NCBI GenBank assembly: GCA_004022145.1
Contig: RCNU01000001.1
Length of the DNA stretch: 64,000 bases
From: Paecilomyces variotii
Taxonomy: Eukaryota
Strand: one strand, 5' to 3'
The translations under genes and the position numbers were made by a program. The notes under the pieces were generated by a model that worked only from the letters and a program-made list of their open reading frames with translations, ran no database searches and was not told the DNA's origin. Shown here piece after piece: positions 35,874 to 48,864 of this stretch. How positions within the stretch are numbered: the stretch's first letter is position 1; each line of letters begins with the position of its first letter.

Positions 35874-37351
35874 TATCAAGACGAAGATCACGGTGGTACC
35901 GAGACCCAGGCTTGACTAAGCCATCCGTGGACAGCCTGACTTTTTGGCTTTTTTTCTGCTTATCCTGGCTCTGGCAGGTTCTGGCCGCAGGCAATATAGG
36001 CCTAGGACATGATATAAATCAATAATAATCACATACGGTTTCTCTCGGCTGCTCTTCTTTAAGGCTGTGGGGAGAAACAGCCCGTTCCCCCGCTAGAAAG
36101 CCGATGATTTGCCTCCCCGACTGGTTCTCGCCGCCCGTTCACCACGTTAGTCGCTGATCGCGAAACAGGCGGATCAATGCGTTTCAATCCAGTGCGCTGC
36201 TTAGATCTCTCTCTCCGCGTTTACTACTGGGGGCCAAGAGAAACGGGGCAGCGACAAGAGTATGCTATAGGATCTCACCTGCAGTGTCTAACAGATTGCA
36301 ACTGACAAGATCAACCAGCGAGATGCTTCGAGTTTCGAGCGATCAAAACCGCTCACTGATGTGATGTCAGCGCGGAACTGATCTACCTTATCTGACCAGC
36401 TTGAAGTCTCCCGGCGTATCCGTCGCTTTTGAAATCGTTCCTTGTCCGGCTTTCGGAGTTGATTCTCTGGTTCTACCATACTTTTTGCGACGATGCCTGG
36501 AATAACAATACTAATAATCGTATCGTCTCGACTTTCATCTCTCCGAAGTGGCACCGAGCCACGTGCTCATCCAGTTAACCGCGCAGGGAAGAAACCACCA
36601 GATAACTACCTCTCTAGCATCGCAACAGAGACAAGGGAAATATATACATGTATATACCCTTGAAAAGCTGCTGCTTGTATACAAAAATGACGATCGAGGG
36701 CTGTGTGGTGATAGATTTTTGGCCGCATCCACTAACGAAGTTGGCTACCAAACAATCGCCCCAAAGGTGATTTCGAAGTTATACATACATCCATGTTGGT
36801 TCTGGCTGTTATGAGAGAGGAGGTGGGATGATGATTCTTACCTAGTTGCGTGCCACGCTATCTTATTATGAGAATGTCGGTTGCAGCACTTCGGAAACTG
36901 AAGCATGAGATAGCGTACCTAGCCTAGGATAGGTATCTTTAGAGGATTGATCTTCTTATGGGATATAATTAATTGCCCTTCTTTTCTATTGTTCTTCTGT
37001 TAATTTACTACCCTTCTCAATATCCTTATCACTATATTGCACTGCCATTCTAATGATAAGCCCACTCCCTTTCTCTTTCTCTATTGTATTGTATTCTAAG
37101 AAGCAGATGCGATAGAGCCGTTGATTGGTGATCATAGACCCAGCTGTAGGGCTCAACCCTAATCGCAATGTCCGCAACGCAGCAGATACAGAAGCTTCTA
37201 ATAGATTCACCACGGTCTTCTTGAATAATACATGGGAGCTGTGTAGTTCGAAGAGATGCCATGATTCAAAATAATAGGATCGTTATTCGATTATCACTAA
37301 TACCACTCAATAATAAAAGTCCATTGGTAAACCAGGACAAGGCCCGATATA

Positions 37352-37396
37352 ATCACGTGATACAAATGGAGCGGCTGTCCCGATCGGGTTAGCCCT
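37352..37396. promoter_or_regulatory. Ribosomal-protein promoter elements: ATCACGTGAT (Cbf1-type) and TAGCCCT (Tbf1-like)
   Basis: Palindrome atcacgtgat at 37352-37361 and gggttagccct ending at 37396, 120-165 bp upstream of the RPS29 ATG. Confidence 0.55.
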
Positions 37397-37515
37397 CGCT
37401 AAACGCCCCATCCGGGGCATTCTACAAGCACACAGACTGAAAGTCCTCACCATCTCGCTGCTGTTCCCTTTCCAACGACTTCGTCAACGAAAAGCTTCAC
37501 GACGCCCAGCCCAAC

Positions 37516-37916
37516 ATGACGCACGAGTCGGTCTTCTACTCTCGCCCCCGCACCTACGGTAAGGGCAGCCGTCAGTGGTATGTGGAATCGAATCCAAGGC
37601 CGTCCTTTATCGGGATGTTTTTTTGATTTCGCAGATGACTGACGAGAAATTTGTTGTATAGCCGCGTCTGCGCGCACAAGGCTGGTCTGATCCGGAAGTA
37701 CGGCCTCATCGTCTGCCGTCAGTGCTTCCGTGAGAAGTCCACCGACATCGGTTTCATCAAGGTAAATCACTTCCGTCCATATACTCGTTCCTGTTCGACA
37801 GGGACAAGAGACTCCGCTGTTTGGGTGGAATCATGGAAAGGGAAAATCAGTCATGTGTTGAAAAGGACGCTTGAAGACTAACACGTATCTTTTCTCCGTC
37901 CCTACAGTACCGATAG
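37516..37916 (+). CDS. RPS29: 40S ribosomal protein S29 (uS14); 3 exons
   Basis: [56 protein letters not shown]; CxxC...CxxC zinc knuckle. Confidence 0.97.
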
Positions 37917-39077
37917 ATTACTCAACCAACCAATCCCATCCAAACTGGCGTTGCGACGATTTTCAAATAACCGAAAAACCGAGTGGACTTCTTTTTTACG
38001 TTGGCAATGGAAGGCAACATGAAAAAAAAAGGCACGCATGAGACAGCAGTTGTGTCGAGGGGGAACAAGGGAAAAGGCGGATGGCTCGGTTTTTTTCGGG
38101 AAGCGTGACACGGTCAATTGGGTTGATTTCCAGATGGGTTGTCGAAGCGAAAGACAAGTTGTTGCATGGCGTTAGAACACCCTTGACAATCGGAACTGGG
38201 CGAGGTCCTTTGTTTCTTCTCTATGGTCCTCTCTCTGTGCCTCTGCTGCTGTACGCCCGCCGCGCATTCAATTAGCAATTGAAAATGCCTCCAATTCCAA
38301 CATACCTCGTCCAGTGTGTTTGCTATATTTCTTGCGAGAGCGCGGCTCTACACACATCACTACTAACTACAGCATCGACTTTGTACGGCGTTTCGGGCAC
38401 GGGCGACTCCCTCGAGATGCGTACGAACAAGTGGACCCGTAAATGATGTCCCCGAACTCCGACACATCCTTCAACCGCAAATCAAGTATAAACATGACCG
38501 AGCCAGCCTCGCTTATTATTGAAGATGGGGTGTAGGAATTTCCTGTGAACCTCCCCTGGATAGATAAATCAGCAGTCAGCCCCGAAGTAACCAACTGTAA
38601 GGACTTTGCCATATACCTAGACCAGACCAGTCTGTACACATCTACATTCAGCTCTCGTCTAAACATCCAATTCATGACCATCTCTATTCATCCTATTGAA
38701 TAGGCCACCCTATTCTGAAGTCCATTCACAGAGTCATGTCCATATCTTATGCAAGAGAGTGCTTGTGTTATGCCACTTTACTGATTGATCTATATGCACC
38801 TACCCATTCATGAACTCCGCAACAATGAGCGGCATTGTCTTTGTCTTCTGTCAGTGTTGTTTCTTTATATACCAACCTTTTTTTATGTCCTGGCTGTTCA
38901 AAAGCATCTTCATCCCTTTCGCATTCTCTTTCATTTCATATCGTATGGAACTGCACTGCGCTAGATACTGCGATCTGTCTTCGTTGTGCCACTTCTACTC
39001 AAAAAACAAATAGGATAAAGCTTGATATCATCACGATTACAGAACTGCGCTTCTCTTCAAAAAAAGGGAAAGCAGTA

Positions 39078-40022
39078 ATGGCTTCGACTTCTACTTCTAC
39101 TTCTGCTTCTACTTCTGAACAATCTGATAATATTCAGTCGAAAATACCCATCATCATCCTAAACAGCGATGACAGCTCCTCCTCTTCCTCCGACGATGAC
39201 GACGATGATGTCCAAATCATCTCAGTGAGAAGTGTACAGAACAACAAGAAGAATCACCATCATGGAGAGAAAAATGCTCCAGGACCTTCTGACGCCAACG
39301 TCTACCAAGAATCCATTACATCTTCTCAACCACCAAAGCGCTTGCGCTCGCTAGAGAGAGCAGAAACGAACAGTTCTCCTCCCCCGAAGAAACAACGACG
39401 TAGTACTGAACCCGAACCTCAAAACGGCCCAGATATGCCACCTTGCAACACTTCCGGGATCACTATGGGGCAATTCAACGAACGCTACGGGTCGAGAATA
39501 ACAGCAGAAACTCCGATACGTCCTTCTGATCCAGAGGATAAGAATAATAATATACATCCATCTCCATCTCCATATACGAAGGAATTCTTCATCGATCTAG
39601 CTGATACGATCTCCATCATCTTCCCTATCGGTTCGTTCGCTTCGAAACATAACTGTTCGCCAGCTGAGGTTTCGCGCGCTATCAGCGCGGTGGTTACCAG
39701 TCCGTTGCTGGATCCGGAGTTACATGAATCCTGTTCTTGGGGAGATGGCTCTTCTTCTGCGATGTCTATAGAGGAGTATGGGAGGATGATGGTGGATATT
39801 TGGAAACAGAGGTATAGGAAGATGGTGATTGCGGATGAGGATGTGAGTTGGGGGGGATTGAATGGTGATGGTGGAAGCAGTGGGAGGGGAGAGAGGGACG
39901 TGGCTGATGTTGAAAAGGACGAACCGACGACTACGAGACGGTGGATGGAAAGAGATGTGTTTGGGATCTATGTGGAGTGTGAACCGTCTGTTGGAGAGCA
40001 GTCGTCGGTGATTGAGGTTTAG
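39078..40022 (+). CDS. Hypothetical, largely disordered protein with acidic tract and NLS-like motifs
   Basis: Long uninterrupted ORF (about 314 aa from the ATG) with S/T repeats, a poly-D tract, PPKKQRR, and a short helical segment. No family recognised. Confidence 0.65.
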   Translation: MASTSTSTSASTSEQSDNIQSKIPIIILNSDDSSSSSSDDDDDDVQIISVRSVQNNKKNHHHGEKNAPGPSDANVYQESITSSQPPKRLRSLERAETNSSPPPKKQRRSTEPEPQNGPDMPPCNTSGITMGQFNERYGSRITAETPIRPSDPEDKNNNIHPSPSPYTKEFFIDLADTISIIFPIGSFASKHNCSPAEVSRAISAVVTSPLLDPELHESCSWGDGSSSAMSIEEYGRMMVDIWKQRYRKMVIADEDVSWGGLNGDGGSSGRGERDVADVEKDEPTTTRRWMERDVFGIYVECEPSVGEQSSVIEV

Positions 40023-41713
40023 GGGAGCGTGTGGTGAGGAAATGATGTTTGGATGCAACGGTTCTGAGCGCAAGAAACTAGTCTAGGATGGAGAAGAGTG
40101 GTGGTACAACGGTGAAGAAAGCCAGACAGGGGGTGCTTTGGCCCATGCGTCGCTCATGCAAGTTACCAACGGTCGGATCTTACCCATGAAGGAGATGCGA
40201 ACAGGAGATCCATAGCAAGAGAAATTTCCGGTTATGAATGTTCAAAGTATCCGAATGTCTAGCTATCATATCAATCTGTCTACAGTTGATCACAGGATTG
40301 CCAGAGTTGCAACGTTGTCCGTAACATTAGTTAACTATTCTTACCGATGAATTGGTCATCTAGCATAATAACCTTGGAATAATGCTCTGAAGGTAGTATC
40401 CCAAATGATAACAAAGCCTATCATGGAAACCGTTCTCTATACTCGTGTGGTGACTGTCAAGGAGAAGAATCTATCTCTCCTACGAGTTAGAAGTAATAAT
40501 AATGCACGAGAGTAGTATGGTAAATCAGGCAGATCATGTCGCTGGTGCCAGGATCTTACCTACCTTACCTGGCCCACTTAAATTAGACTCGAGTAGCTCC
40601 GTCAGAAGATGTCCAGCGCTCCGTAGCTCTAAGCGAGGATCGTATCGTTAAGTACTTCTGGAAGTGTGTTTAATTCAGTTGTTTAGCGGAGATATATTGT
40701 GTCTAGAAAATACGGAGGTGTTGTAATAATAGCAGGATGAAAATGTTCTATGCATCTGTGGAGTACTGAATTTCTAGGTAAATCGTGGAATGTGGAATGC
40801 TATAGGGTATCGATAGATGGTGCAGTGGCAAGTGGCGGGGGCGAGTCAAATGGTTACTGCCAACGTAGACAGCACAGGTATATAGGTACTATACTTTGAG
40901 TTACTGGTAGCAATGCAGCGATAGTGCAGCTGGAGTGGACGGACTATTGTCTCTGAGCGTGCGGAAAGTGACCACGACTGCTGGTGATGGCCATCGACGT
41001 GTACCTAATAATTATTTTATCTACATACTACTGTTCCTGCCGATCGTGGCAGCAGCCCCTTGGCCTGGCTACGTCACGGGCTTTTTAGCGGCAGAAAGCG
41101 GTGAATACCTTATTAATGCACACTAGAAGGTGGGGATGTCCATTGGCGCCTCAGGAGTCGGTCTGTCTGGCTGCCTGGCTGGATGTCCATGGGTCTTGGA
41201 GATAGCGCCAGTAGACTATACGAGAGAGCTTGAACCGGGCCCCAGCGAAGGCTCCAGACATGGTCTGCCTGGAATACCAACGGTACTCGATGCTAGTTAG
41301 TTAGAGAGAGCGGTTCACAGTCCCGTAAGCAACAGAGTATTAGTATGGTAAAACTGTAACTTAACAGATTATTATTTCGCAGTGCAATCATCACCATCAC
41401 CGCCTTCCGGTTACCCAAAAGTGCGCCACCCTTCTCGGCCTAGCGCCCGGTCGTGCCTCACCTGCCCTTTTTTCACACCTTCTCCTTTCTCCATCCCCCA
41501 TCCAGACATCAACCTTCCCCAAAGGCATCGATCACGTCCGTATCAACTTCCTCTCCAACTTCCAGTATCTAGGGCACCAAGCTACCCTTCTCCTCCCCCC
41601 CCTCTTCAAGTTTCTCCCACACAAGGCAGCCTTCAGCTACCTGAGTCCTTTTCCACACGGTCAAAGCTCTTCTCGTCAACTCAAACAAAGACCTCGTGTC
41701 CTCAGCCATCAAC

Positions 41714-43152
41714 ATGTCTTCTGCCGTCGACAACCTCGCCGACAACCTGGCTTCCACCACCATTAACGATACCAACGGCACTTCCCCTGCCGCCGCCCAG
41801 ACCGATGCGGCGGCCGCCAGTGCCGATGAAGGTCGTCGGTTGTACATTGGGAACCTCGCGTATGCGACCACTGAGGGGGAGCTCAAGGAGTTCTTCAAGA
41901 ACTACACCATGTGAGTGTGCTCTGCTCTGTGTCTCTCTTTTTGTTTGTCGTTTCATCCTGCGCTGGTGAAAGAAGGTCTATCATCAGCGGTCGGGAGATT
42001 GTGGTATTATTATCACCGCTGGCAAGGTTATGTTATGGCGGAAGTGCGCTGTAACCGTAACACTGGCCTGTTCATGTGTGGGCCGTCACTGATGCCTGAC
42101 TTCCGCCTGTCGTCCATGCGCCTCACGATGCCAGAGAATCTAGGAAATAGCGGCTAACCATCAAAATCACAGTGAAAGCACCTCCATTCCGGTGAACCCT
42201 CGCACCAACCGCCCGGTTGGCTATGCGTTTGTCGACCTTGCCACTGCCCATGAGGCCCAGAACGCCATCCAGGAGCTGTCAGGCAAGGAGATCCTCGAGC
42301 GCAAGGTCTCTGTCCAGGTCGCTCGCAAGCCCGAGCCTGCAGAGGCCAAGGCGGAGGGTGCTGTGAGTGGTGGTGAGGGTGCCAGCGGCAACGAGGGCCG
42401 CAAGAGGGGATCGGGCCGGGGCCGTGGCCGCGGTCGTGGCCGTGGTGGCCGTTTCGGACGTGGTGGTCGCGTAAGTCTTTACCTTCGACCAGATATATTC
42501 AGAACTTGGCTAACAGGATCGGCTCAGCAGCAGCAGCAGCAGAACGGCGAGCATGCGGAGCCCACCAACGTGCCCGGTCAGGTCGCTCCTCTGACTGAGG
42601 TCACCAACGAGAACCAGGCGGAGGCTCCCAAGGACGCCAAGCCTCGTGGCCGCCCCCAGAAGCAGCGTGGCCCTCCTGAGGATGGTATCCCATCCAAGAC
42701 CAAGGTTATGGTGGCCAACCTGCCCTATGATCTGAGTGAGGAGAAGGTGCGATCACACCCCTGTTATTATGGTTTCCTGGCATTATCAGTACTGACTTCG
42801 GCTATAGCTCAAGGAGCTCTTCGCCGCCTACGAGCCCGTTTCCGCCAAGATCGCTCTCCGCCCTATTCCTCGCTTCATGGTCAAGAAGCTGCAGGCCCGT
42901 AACGAGCCCCGCAAGGGTCGTGGCTTCGGTTTCGTCACCCTCGGTTCCGAGGCTCTCCAGCAGAAGGCCGTCGAGGAGATGAACGGCAAGGAGATCGAAG
43001 GACGTGAGATCGCTGTCAAGGTCGCCATTGACAGCCCCGGCAAGGAGGACGATGCTAACGCTGCTGCTCCCGCCGATGCGCAGGCGCCCGCCGGAGAGGC
43101 TGCCGCTCCCGCTGCTGCTCCGGCTGAGGAGAACGCGGCTCCCGCTGCTTAA
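41714..43152 (+). CDS. RNA-binding protein, RRM-RGG-RRM architecture (Sbp1-like); 4 exons
   Basis: RNP2 RLYIGNL, RNP1 VGYAFVDL; RGRGRGRGRGGRFGRGGR; second RRM VMVANL...RGFGFVTL. Strong codon bias. Confidence 0.9.
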
Positions 43153-44111
43153 ATGACAAGATCCGTTTTTTGCCCAAACGGTGATGGATGGGGAAGGGGA
43201 TGATCGTGGGGCTGGTGATCAGTATGATGGATATTTTCATAGTACGCATCGGAGGATGCGGTCTTACACTGTGGATATCTCTTACTATTCAGCAGACCTA
43301 AGGTGATGACGAATTTCATGTGTCTACAGTCTACCATGACCACATAATATGGGGACGCGCAGGATGATTCTGGTTGAAGGAACCCGTGTGGAGGGTTGCC
43401 TATTCAATCGTGGCCTGTATCTTAGAAACCATTTAACTTTATGATTTGCCTCAAGGCTGGCCTTGTAGAAGGTATCTTTGGTGCATTCTATACGACGTAT
43501 ATATCTTATTCTTTTGAGAGTCTGTAGCGGTCCTGGTATGGCAGGCTAGCTCGGCCAAATCGGTAAAACCCAGGATAATCGCCATGGACGGGTAAATTCT
43601 ATTGGCATTGGTTGCTCTGAACAGCAGCAGCGTTGTTCATGGTCGAGGTCGGGGCTGGCCCATGGATTGCTCGCTTTCTCCGCTAAAGTCAGTCTGGCAA
43701 AAGGCGGGAGAACGCCACCGTCTTATGGCAGAGAAACCAACTCTCATCCTTCTTGAAATTAAGAGTCGCAAACCTCCTCGGCCAGAGCAGCTCTTTGTTA
43801 TCTACCCGTCATTACCTCAGTGGCGCCAGATAGATCGCGCCGGGTCTGAAATGCTTGTCGCCCGCTAGGGGACCGCAAATCATCAGGAGTGACGGCGGGC
43901 CCAATCCCTAGCGGACAGACGGATTCCAACGCGCACGGGGGAGCCACGACCTCCGTGCGTTGTATTCTAACAGTCGTCTGATTTCTACTACTCAAATACT
44001 GCTTTACGGAGGGAGTATTCGATTGTATATACGGAGCAATTTTGTCCATCTCCTTTTTACGGTCTCTGTGGTTGTCCGCTATTCTAACACTCGCCTCCCC
44101 TCTGGCCCAAC

Positions 44112-45399
44112 ATGTCGAAGATGTGGGAAGTCGACCCGGAGACGAGGTCAAAGGTGTGTCTGATCTTTGTTCTTGCCGCTCCTGAACGATGCGAATAACC
44201 TGCTAACATGCGATTCTTCGATCTGTAGCTCATCCAGATCTCCAAGACGAACGGCAATGACCGATGTTGCGACTGCGGGGCGCCGTCACCACAATGGGTT
44301 TGTGAACCTGCGTTGAGCATGTAAAGCGCGATAGATAAGAGATCATAAAAAAGGCTGATAGATTTGTTTTTTCTTGCAGGCATCCCCCAAATTCGGAACC
44401 TTCATCTGTCTCAACTGCGCCGGAATCCATCGTGGATTGGGCGTGCACATCTCCTTCGTCCGCTCCGTCACAATGGACGCCTTCAAGAACGCCGAGATCC
44501 AGCGCATGGAAAAGGGCGGTAACGAGCCGTGGAAGGTCTTCTTCGATGCCCATCCTCTAACCGTTTCGGAGGGACGAACATTCGAGGACTCTACCATCAA
44601 GGAGCGCTATGAGGGCGAAGTCGGCGAGGAGTGGAAGGAGAGGTTGACGTGCAAGATCGAGGGGACAGAGTACGTCCCTGGACAAAAGAAGAAGCAGCCA
44701 GAGCCTATCAGTTCAAGATCCAGCACGCCATTGTCATCCACCGCAGCGGGGATGACCTCGTCAGCTACGCTAGAGAGGTCAGGGAGCAGAAAGGAACGCA
44801 ACGAGGCGTATTTCGCGAAGCTGGGTAATGACAATGCCACGCGGTCCACCAGTCTTCCGCCATCCCAGGGTGGGAAGTATACGGGTTTCGGAGGTGGTCT
44901 GCCGGTTACTTCACAGAAGGATCAAGCTGGCATTCCTGGTATCGACGAGTTCCAGAAGGATCCCATGGGCACCTTGACGAAAGGGTTCGGTTGGTTCGCT
45001 TCGACCGTTGGAAAGAGCGTCAAGACAGTCAATGAATCCTACCTCCAGCCTACGGCTAGACAACTAGCGGAATCCGACTTGGCTGCTCAGGCTCGCTTGC
45101 ATGCTGCTCAACTGGGCCAGAACCTGCAGACAGGAGCTCGTGGTGCCGCTGATACCTTTGGCCGTTTTGTCGAGGGTCCAGACGGTCGTCGGGTCGAGCC
45201 TGAACGGAAGGAATTCTGGGACGAATTATCCTCTATCGGCGCCAAAGAGAATCGGAAAAGCACATCTTCCATCGGCACAGCAGCCATGAAACGCGGTCCT
45301 TCGTCCAGCATTAGCAGCGGATTCGGATCAACCGCGACACCAGCACAGACAACCTCGTCATCCTCAACAGGGAAAGATGACTGGCATGATGATTGGTAG
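44112..45399 (+). CDS. GCS1: ADP-ribosylation factor GAP Gcs1/ArfGAP1; 3 exons
   Basis: MSKMWEVDPETRSK/L...CCDCGAPSPQW/ASPKFGTFICLNCAGIHRGLGVHISFVRS zinc finger; ALPS-like DPMGTLTKGFGWFAST; C-terminal DDWHDDW di-Trp motif. Confidence 0.94.
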
Positions 45400-46113
45400 A
45401 GTTGAAATTTTGTCATATAGCTGTTCTTCTAGTTACTTAGCGCTGCAATTTGGTCTCTTCTTTTTTTTTTCATCATCGTCGCTCAGTCAACGTTTTTTAT
45501 TTTCTGGTGCGTTAGTAATGATTGTTTTTGGCATTGACTTGCTTTTTTTCTTTTTTCTCACTCATCCTGGTCATGAAATGGACCTATTGGCTTAAGTATT
45601 GATTAGTTAGTTGTTATTTTCAACGAAAGGGGAACTTTCCTATGTCACTTCAACTATCTTTTTACTCAGGTGGGAAATTAATGTCTGGTTTTTATTTATA
45701 GTTTATACATACAATACAAAGAGGGGATTTTAGGGATTCATTCTTAGAATATATTGTTTTTCATATTTGAAGGGGTATTTAAATGTATTTTGCTTCTCTG
45801 GCTATGATGTCCTGGTTGGTCAGCTTGTGTGAGAGGGTATTAATGGGATTAAGAATACCTTTGTTGCTGCCTGGCATTGGTTCACCGGGTTATTTTGAAG
45901 TAGCTTTCTTCGGGGAGGATATTTCAGATTGTCTAAGATGTGCGTTGTCCACACTTATATGTAGCTAGTGCTAGCATATGCAAAGACGATGGTAAATCGA
46001 GTCGTGAGTGAGTCCTATCATACATTGTTCATTCGTCTATTATACATGCTTTCTTTTGCTTTTGGGGGCTATTCAATCATTATCTGTTATCCAACATTGC
46101 ATTAGGTAGCTGG

Positions 46114-48864
46114 CTATTGATATATACCCTGCAACTCTGACAGAACAGCTTTCTGCCGCGGTCCGCTGACTCGATCGAATCTATCGATACTCATGACGAA
46201 CGTTCCTCTACCCGAGGTCAAGCTACGGAGGTGCTTCAAGTAACCGACCATTTCCTTCAAGGGGACTTTGGCAGTAATTGTGCGCGGCTGGTTCGTCGAG
46301 GAAGGGATAGATGCGCCGACACTGGCTGTGCCGAAGGGGTCTGGAGGGGCGTAGATCTTGCTCTCGTCGATAGTGATTGCTTCCTCGATCGGTTGAGGGG
46401 ATGAGGAGACGGCCGTAGATGAGATAGAGATTTCTTCGTCGAGAGAAACGATGTGGCCGCCGCGGGCTGAGGAGATGTCGTGCACGACGGCACCGAGACT
46501 GGCTTCGTCGACGCTGATGATGACGTTCATGACGGGTTCCATGAGGGACGTTCCCCCGCCAGAGCTCGTCAACAGGTCTTTCAGAGCGGACTGCGTGGCG
46601 AGACGAGCGGCAGATGACAGCGCAGATGGTGTGGTATCGTTACCGAAGACATGTTCGACCGGGTCGAACGTAAGAGTCACTTTGGTGCTGTGCATGGGGA
46701 AGGAAAACTGTGGGCCACGGGCCAAGGCAGCTAGACATCCGTTGTAGAGGGACGTACGGAGAGTTTGCACATCCAGGTGGGATGGTAGTGACCGGCTCTC
46801 TTCTGTTCCCTTGCGGTCCTTCTCGATGTCCAATCCGGGAGCACGGATGACTATCTGGTTTCCGTCTCGTGTCTCCATTAGGATAGCATCTTCTGGAGGT
46901 TCAGATGTATCTGGCTCCATTGGATCAAAGGGCTCAACAATGGCGGCGCACCCTGCCTTCCCACGGCGACCAGCAATCTCCTTGTCGTAAATGGATGTGA
47001 TTGGGATTGATTGACCCAGGGCACACTCTCTATATCCGATCTCAATACGGCCCATGGTGGCTTTGGCTTTGAGATCGTTGATCAATCGATCGCGAGCAAT
47101 CTCAAGATGCAGTTCGCCCATACCGCTCAGCAGCGTCTGTCCGGAGTCTTCATCAATGGTAACGTGGAGACTGGGATCCTCCCGCAAGAGCACAGCAAGA
47201 GCTTCATGGACATTCTTCTCCTCGCCCAAGCTGTGTGGCTCAACACTGGCGAAGAAGACGGGCGGTGGAACGTCTATCGGACGTAGCTGTAGTGTGTTCA
47301 ATGGCTCAGGTGGTGTAGCTTTGTTTCCGGCATACGAAATCAACGTATCACCCGTACGAGCTTGTTTCAGGCCAACCACGACTCCGATATGTCCAGCTGG
47401 AATGGAGTCGACCTCGACAGCATCATTCGCATACATCTTCAGAAGGCGAGGTGCGCGTTCGGAGACATTTAGGTTAGTATTGAAAAGAGGGGAGTTGCGA
47501 TCAATCGACCCAGAATAGACGCGGATATAAACCAGCACTCCCCGCTTAGCATCGTTGACGACCTTGAAAGCCAGTGCGCAACCTTGAAGTTTAGAGATTG
47601 GATTCTGGGCTTCGGCCTGAGAAATAGCCTTTTTCTTTTGCTTGCCTCTTATGCCAGACTTTTGGCTCTCCTCGATTATAAGGTCACCACTGAGAAGACG
47701 CTGCAGGCTACCCTTGACATTGCCAATGCTCACTTCTGGGTCAGCGGTTTCAGCTGGGCTGGGCAACAAATTCACAACTGCATCCAACAGAGGCTGGACT
47801 CCCATATTGCGGAAGCTGGCACCTGCAAAGACAGGAATGATCTTGTTGCCCTCTGTCTGAAGACACCTTCGCAAGCTGTCCAGAATGTCCAAGGGCTTGA
47901 CTGCAAGATGGTCCTCCTCGCATTCAAAAAACTTTTCAACGATAACCTCATCATGCTCACTCAGAAGCTCGATGAGGGCGATGCGAGCGCGCTCCAGTTC
48001 TGCGGCAAGTCGGTCGTCTGTTTCCTTCAGCTGCTCAAGGCTGAACATCTTAACTGCTTTTCCATCGCCGCCCTCGGGCCATAATAGACCTTGCAAAGAA
48101 ATAGCGTCTGCCACACCGGTAAAGCGACCATTACCCCCTTCAAACCAGGGAATCTGGCAGACAGCAGGCCAACCTGCCAATCTCGTGCCAACCTCCTTTA
48201 CCGTCCTTCCAAAAGCAGCACCGTCACGGTCTAGTTTGTTGACATAGATAATCCTGGGAATGCGATAGTTACTTGCTTGATGCCAGACCTGCTCTGTCTG
48301 GGCTTCCACTCCGGCGACGCCGTCCAAGATACATACCGCCCCGTCCAAGATCCGCAACGACCGCACGACTTCGAAGGTGAAATCTGCATGTCCTGGGGTA
48401 TCTATGAGGTTTATGGTATGAGGAGTAGCAGATCTGGGCAGCCCTTTGGCTTTCAGATCTTCAGGACTGAGGGCGCCTGTATCACCCGCTGATTGAGGCG
48501 GCCAGTGGAAAGTGATGGCAGCTGACTGTATGGTAATTCCTCTTGCTCGTTCTGCTGGAAGGAAGTCTGTAACAGTCGATCCATCATCCACATCTCCTAT
48601 CCTTCGAGTGAAACCGGAATAGTAGAGCATGCGCTCCGTGGTGGTAGTTTTGCCAGCATCGATGTGAGCAATGATACCAATGTTCCGTGTTCTGTCAAGA
48701 TCCGAGCTCTGTAGTGCAGAAGCTGTCGCTGAGAATGAGCGAAAGTATTTTAGGTCTGTTCTATGGGAACAACTGCGTAGGTATCTCTGGGCAGCTAGCC
48801 TCGATGCTGAGGCCATCTGTTGCGTCGCCCGCCGGGTGACGACTGAGAAATGAGCGGCCACCAT
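46114..48864 (-). CDS. MEF2: Mitochondrial ribosome-releasing factor 2 (EF-G2mt), intronless
   Basis: Arg/Ser-rich presequence; [73 protein letters not shown]. Confidence 0.93.
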   Translation of the reverse strand: MVAAHFSVVTRRATQQMASASRLAAQRYLRSCSHRTDLKYFRSFSATASALQSSDLDRTRNIGIIAHIDAGKTTTTERMLYYSGFTRRIGDVDDGSTVTDFLPAERARGITIQSAAITFHWPPQSAGDTGALSPEDLKAKGLPRSATPHTINLIDTPGHADFTFEVVRSLRILDGAVCILDGVAGVEAQTEQVWHQASNYRIPRIIYVNKLDRDGAAFGRTVKEVGTRLAGWPAVCQIPWFEGGNGRFTGVADAISLQGLLWPEGGDGKAVKMFSLEQLKETDDRLAAELERARIALIELLSEHDEVIVEKFFECEEDHLAVKPLDILDSLRRCLQTEGNKIIPVFAGASFRNMGVQPLLDAVVNLLPSPAETADPEVSIGNVKGSLQRLLSGDLIIEESQKSGIRGKQKKKAISQAEAQNPISKLQGCALAFKVVNDAKRGVLVYIRVYSGSIDRNSPLFNTNLNVSERAPRLLKMYANDAVEVDSIPAGHIGVVVGLKQARTGDTLISYAGNKATPPEPLNTLQLRPIDVPPPVFFASVEPHSLGEEKNVHEALAVLLREDPSLHVTIDEDSGQTLLSGMGELHLEIARDRLINDLKAKATMGRIEIGYRECALGQSIPITSIYDKEIAGRRGKAGCAAIVEPFDPMEPDTSEPPEDAILMETRDGNQIVIRAPGLDIEKDRKGTEESRSLPSHLDVQTLRTSLYNGCLAALARGPQFSFPMHSTKVTLTFDPVEHVFGNDTTPSALSSAARLATQSALKDLLTSSGGGTSLMEPVMNVIISVDEASLGAVVHDISSARGGHIVSLDEEISISSTAVSSSPQPIEEAITIDESKIYAPPDPFGTASVGASIPSSTNQPRTITAKVPLKEMVGYLKHLRSLTSGRGTFVMSIDRFDRVSGPRQKAVLSELQGIYQ

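Noticed and set aside
36980..37270. Short minus-strand ORFs upstream of RPS29
   Set aside because: No homology recognised; AT-rich intergenic sequence.
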